Shown here: one piece after another, positions 59,018-64,000 of the stretch
Layout of the letters: every line of letters starts with the position of its first letter
Position numbering within the stretch: the first letter of the stretch is position 1
Source of the DNA: Azolla caroliniana
Lineage: Eukaryota; Plantae; Polypodiophyta
NCBI GenBank assembly: GCA_043228905.1
Contig: JBHGNT010000009.1
Location: 16,368,001 to 16,432,000, forward strand
Direction of reading: 5' to 3'
Length of the DNA stretch: 64,000 nucleotides
Made by a program: the position numbers and the translations under genes
Notes under the pieces: model-generated
What the model saw: only the letters and a program-made list of their open reading frames with translations
Database searches by the model: none
What the model was told of the DNA's origin: nothing

Positions 59018-62000
59018 GCACATCTCCATTATTATTATCTATAATAATAAGTTTCCATCAGCTGACTCTCGTGTCGACTGTCCAGTCGGTCCGACTAGTC
59101 GGCCTTGTCCTCGACTATCCGGTCGGCCCGACTAGTCGGTCGTGTCTGCAACCTGTATCTCCTTCCTCTCGATTCACCCAGTCGACTCTCATAGTCAACT
59201 TAGTCGCAGTCGACTCTTCAAATATCGACACTCGGCCTAAACAGTTCCCTCCTTGTCTTTGACTGTCGGCACTTCTTGACCTAGGCAGTCAGATCCTCCC
59301 ACTGGAGGGACATATTCCCAACAAACTCCCCCTTCCCTCCTGTGCAAGGGAATCGGTCAGTCCCGTCTTCTGTTGACAAACTCTAAGTTTGTGCATTGGT
59401 AGGTTCGTCGTGAACATATCGGATCCATTGTCATCGGTATGGATCTTCACGAGGGAAAACTCTCCTTTATCTACCTTCTCTCGCAACTAGTGATACCTCC
59501 TTTGTATATGCTTGGTTTGAGAGTGGTACGCAATGTTCTTTGCAATATGTATGACACTTTGATTGTCACAGTGGAGCAAGAATTCTTCTAGCTGCATCCT
59601 GAGTTCACTGAGGAAACTCTTCATCCAAATCAATTACTTGTCGCCCTCTACCGCCACCATATACTCTGCCTCTGTGGTCTACAAAGCCACAAACTTCTAC
59701 AATCGTGACTGCCACGACACTCCTCCCCCTGCATAGGTCATCACATAACCTAACTTTGAACGGCTCGAATCTGCATCCCCCGACATGTCTGAATCGGTAA
59801 ACCCTTCAAGCATGGGTTTTCCGACACCATATACCCCAGGTGCCTTTTAAATACCTAGGTATCTATTTTATAGCTACCCAATGTTCTCTACCTGGATTAC
59901 TCATGTATCGGCTTACTTCTCTCATACCAAATGTTATGTTTGGTCTCGTACAGAACATAACATACATTGAACTACCGACAACTGAGGCATATGGTACTTT
60001 CCTCATCTCAGCCTTTTCTTTCTCCCCTCTTGGGCATTTCTTTGCATTTAACTTGCAGTTTGTCGGAAACACTGAGCTGACTAGCTTTGCTTCTGACATG
60101 TTGAACCTTTCTAGGATCTTTGCCACATACTTCTATTGTGACAACCAGAACACTTTCTTAGTTCTGTCTCAAACTATGTGCATCCCCAAGATCTGTTTAG
60201 CCGGTCCAAGGTCTTTTATGGCAAACAATTTGCCTAGGGCTTTCTTCAAGCTTCCGATCTTCCTTGGATATTGACCGACTATCAACATGTCATCTACATA
60301 TAATAAGAGAATCAAGAAGTCACCTTAACCGTACATTTTGATTAACACACAATGATCCGCTAGTGTTTTCTAGAACCCATGTTCCACCATGAAGGATTCG
60401 AACTTCTTGTACCACTAGCATGGAGCTTGTTTCAGACCATACAAGATTTTCTTCAGTCGACACACCAAGTTCTCTTTCCCTTTCTCCTCAAAGACTTCGG
60501 GCTGTTGCATGTAGATCTCTTCTTCCAGCTCCCCATGCAAGAATGTTGTCTTGACATGCAACTGTTTAATCCCTAGGTCCATGCTGGCATATATGCTCTG
60601 AACAGTTTGGATGGATGTCATCTTTACTACTGACGCGAATATCTCGTCAATGTTGACACCCTTTTTCTATTCGAAACCCTTCACCACAATGCGGGCTTTA
60701 TACCTAGGCGCGTCGTCGACTTCTCCAGTCTTCACCTTATCGAGCCATTTGTTCCTGAGTGCTCTCTTACCTTTCGGTAATTCTACTAGGTCGTAGGTGT
60801 AGTTTTCATGCAAGGAGTCCATCTCGTCTTGCATTGCACTCAACCATATTTCTCTATGCTTGTCGGCAATGGCTTCGTCATAGAACTCTGGTACTCCTTC
60901 ATTAGTCAAGAGGATATATTGACTGGAATATGTTGTGGGTGCTCTTGTCTCTCTTAGAGGATATCTCCTTCCATTCTTCGTTAGCTCTGGCTCGAATGTC
61001 TCGTATAACTCATTTCTCGTCTCGGGTTCATTCATGTCGACTAGTTGTCAGATGTCCATTGACTCCGATTTGTATTCTTTGAACGAGTTCAATAGGTTTG
61101 ACGATTCCAACCCATAAGTTGGTTGCTCTATGTCAACAAACTCTAATTCAACTCTTCCATCTAGCTGTCTCCAATGAGCTGACTGTGTCGGTTCGGCTAG
61201 TCTTAAGGTAGTAGTCATGGGCAACTGGGAAGTCGATTCTGACTTCTGTTTCTTCCAGTCCTCAATAATTTTTTCTTCCAAGAAAACTTATCTCGACTCC
61301 TCACTACCTTCTTGTCGAATAAGTCCCATAGCCTGTAACCAAACTCATCTTCCGACTATCCCATGAATATGCATGGCTTCGACTTACGGTTGAGCTTTGA
61401 CCTCTTATCCTTAGGCACATGCATATATGCTAAACATCCAAACACCCTCAAGTGTTGGTATGAGACATCCTTACCTTTTCACACTCTCTGTAGAACATCA
61501 CTCTTCAATGGCACTAAGGGAGACCTGTTGATTAGATAAACAACTATATACATCGCCTCAGCCCAATAGGATTTCAATAGTTTAGCATGAGAGAGCATGC
61601 TCCATAATTGTTCGATTCATCAGCTCTGCAAGCCCGTTTAACTCAGGGGTCTTCAGCATTGTGTATTCAATTCGAATACCTTGGGCTTTGCAGTATTCCT
61701 CAAACTGCCCTCTATATTCGCCACCATTGTCGGTTCGGACAACTTTCAACTTCCGACCTGAATCTCGTTCGGCTCTTGCCTGGAACTCCTTGAAGAGCGA
61801 GAATACTTGATCTTTTGACTTTAGTACGAAAGCCCAAAGCTTTCGACTATAGTCATCAATGAAAGTCACAAAGTACTATCCAGCTCGATGCGACGAAGCA
61901 TTTACATAACACACATCCGTGTGTACTAGTTCTAGTGGCACTTCTCTTCGTCTTGGTAGTCTAGAGTGGAATGTTGCTCTGTTTTGCTTTCCAAGTAAGC

Positions 62001-63510
62001 AGTCGACACACTTCTCCCTCTTGTAGAAGTTTCAAGTCCTCTAATAGATGCATACCCTTTTCACTCATGTGGCCTAACCTCTTATGCCATATCTATCCTG
62101 CTGAGTCGGCTTCCACATTCACTTCTGACTTGCACAATCGGGCTTGCATTATATAAAATGTGCCTTCTTTCTGTGCCGACCCTTCGTTGTGGACTTCTTT
62201 GCCGGTTCCTTCCTCTGCCGGGATGTAGAGCCACGTTCGACTCCGACTGAGACAGGACTCCCTTGTCCTTCCTCCTCATCTCCTCATTTACCACTTGTAG
62301 AGACAATTTTTCTTCCTGACATGAGGTGCTGAGAGTAACCACCAGGTTCTTCGAGCTGTCTGGCAATGTGCACATCAGTAGTATGGCATGTATTGCATCT
62401 TCAAGGTGAAACTTGGTTGCAACCACTTGGTTCACGTACTCCATGAATATGTTGATGTGTTCGATGATTCTCTCACCATCTCTGTATTTCAATCGTACGA
62501 TCTTTCTCATTGGTAAGGTTTTATTGAGGGCTTTCTTCCTCTCATATAGACCTGACAGCTTCTGCCACATCTCATGGGCATTTGTGTCGTTCGCCACATG
62601 CTGAAGGGCACTTAAATTGACGCACTGTCGAATGGTGGCCACTGCCTTTCTGTTAACAATTTTCCATTCTGACTCTAATACCCCCGTGGGTATTTTTGCT
62701 CTGTCAATCGGCTTATACATGTCTTTGACTATGAGAAGGTCCTCCATCTTTATCTTGCAGTCTGCGTAGTTCTAAGAGTTTAGAACACCTCCTTCCATGC
62801 TTGCACCTCAAGAACTGATACTAGTTTGTTGAGAATCGAATCGTCAATCCACAATAGATATGCTGAAATACACAACTCGGAACACACACAACAACAATGT
62901 ACACATATTTTACGTGGAAACCCTGAAATGGGAGAAAACCATGGGTGAACACAACTTCATTATAGTGTGGATGTACAGGGGAGAATATTACAGACTCTCA
63001 ACTATGGAGTGTATCAGTGTCATAGGGATCTTGGCATCTGTTGTTACACACACACACAACTATGGCGCCGCTCTCTCACTCTATTCCTCTCACGCTCATG
63101 CTTCTCTATTCTACACATTACTCAACACTTTTTGTTTTACTTTTGTTCTACGTTTGGCCTAGATGTATTTATACTCATACATCATATGGGCTATTTACAA
63201 GTGTTGCCCCTACTTCACATCTCTATTATTATTATCTATAATAATAAGTAGCCATCAACTGACTCTAGTGTCGACTTTCCAGTTGGTCCGACTAGTCGGC
63301 TTGGTCCTCGACCATCCAATCGGCCCAACTAGTAGGTCGTGTCTTCTACTTGTATCTCCTTCCTATCTACTCTCACAATCGACTTTCTCGTAGTCGACTC
63401 TTCAACCATCAGAATTCGGCCCGAACAGTTGGCTCCTCCTTGTCTTCGATTGTCGGCATGTCTTGACATAGGTAGTCAGCTCCTCCCACTGGAGGGACAT
63501 AATCCCAACA
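59018..63510 (-). mobile_element. Degenerate Ty1/copia inserted antisense into the 3' LTR of a same-family copia
   Basis: 5' LTR 62827-63510; gag 62082-62747; broken integrase/RT/RNase H; PPT at 59324-59340; partial 3' LTR ~59018-59323. Confidence 0.88.
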
Positions 63511-63685
63511 CATCCACTGTATAGTGAAGCTTTTGTTCTCTTGTGGTTTTCTCCCATTCTAGGGTTTCCATGTAAATTTGTGTGCACTGTGGTTTTTGTT
63601 TATCTTGTTGTTTTGTGTGTTTCCGAGTTGCGTATTTCAGCGTATTCATTTCTTGTGGATTGGCGATTCGTTTTCTCAACACACC

Positions 63686-64000
63686 TGTGAAATGTTACGT
63701 GCGGAAGCTATATGAAAACATAGAATACTGACAGAGAAGAAAAACAGGTTTCATGGAGATCTTAAGACACAATGTACGCGGGAGAGACAAAGAGGGAATA
63801 AACACACAGAAAAACTAAATTCAAAATGATGTGTGAACTCTGTACATAGGATGTGCTCCAAGAGCACTTTTATACAAGTCCATACGGACTGACAGAAGTA
63901 CTAACACGTACTTCAATGCTCATAACTAAGCTCCTACACTAACCCCCAAATATATTCCCTCGCGGAATATCTGTTCAACGGCCTCCCGATTTCCACACCG
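63686..64000 (-). mobile_element. Copia LTR (same family as 12089-12500), runs off the window
   Basis: Shares tgtacataggatgtgct..agagcacttttatacaagtccatac and cgcggaatatct..caacggcctcc with 12270-12420. Confidence 0.8.

Larger units (their letters stand above)
37475..63681 (+). mobile_element. Old 5'-truncated Ty1/copia, bottom layer of the nest (pieces 37475-38163, 55266-59017, 63511-63681)
   Basis: WVIDSGVSFH protease at ~37500 resumes after 55265; broken integrase/RT/RNase H to ~58580; PPT, then 3' LTR from 58600, whose U5 remainder is at 63511-63681. Confidence 0.85.

Overview
Eukaryotic land-plant genomic DNA, probably from a non-seed plant such as a fern (inferred from the Tcn1-like chromoviruses and tRNA-Trp-primed gypsy elements). 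There are two host genes: a 4-coding-exon transmembrane RING-H2 E3 ligase (16713-23131, +) and an intronless DREB A-4/TINY-type AP2/ERF factor (33351-34406, -). They lie between nested LTR-retrotransposon clusters. Two elements look intact and very young: a Ty1/copia (5797-11196) and a Tcn1-like chromovirus (38546-44299). There is also a gag-only non-autonomous gypsy, several degenerate copia, gypsy and LINE copies, solo LTRs, and Mutator and hAT MITEs. The most striking observation is that LTRs of three different gypsy families (chromovirus and non-chromovirus) each carry a tRNA-like Pol III A-box/B-box cassette in U3, always antisense to the element and always with the same 44-nt spacing. 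Also seen: a self-priming PBS and a -1 frameshift signal in the chromovirus, CpG-centred 4-bp target duplications for the Trp-primed gypsy group, and two fold-back copia structures. All alignments were done by eye, so boundaries of degenerate elements are approximate.
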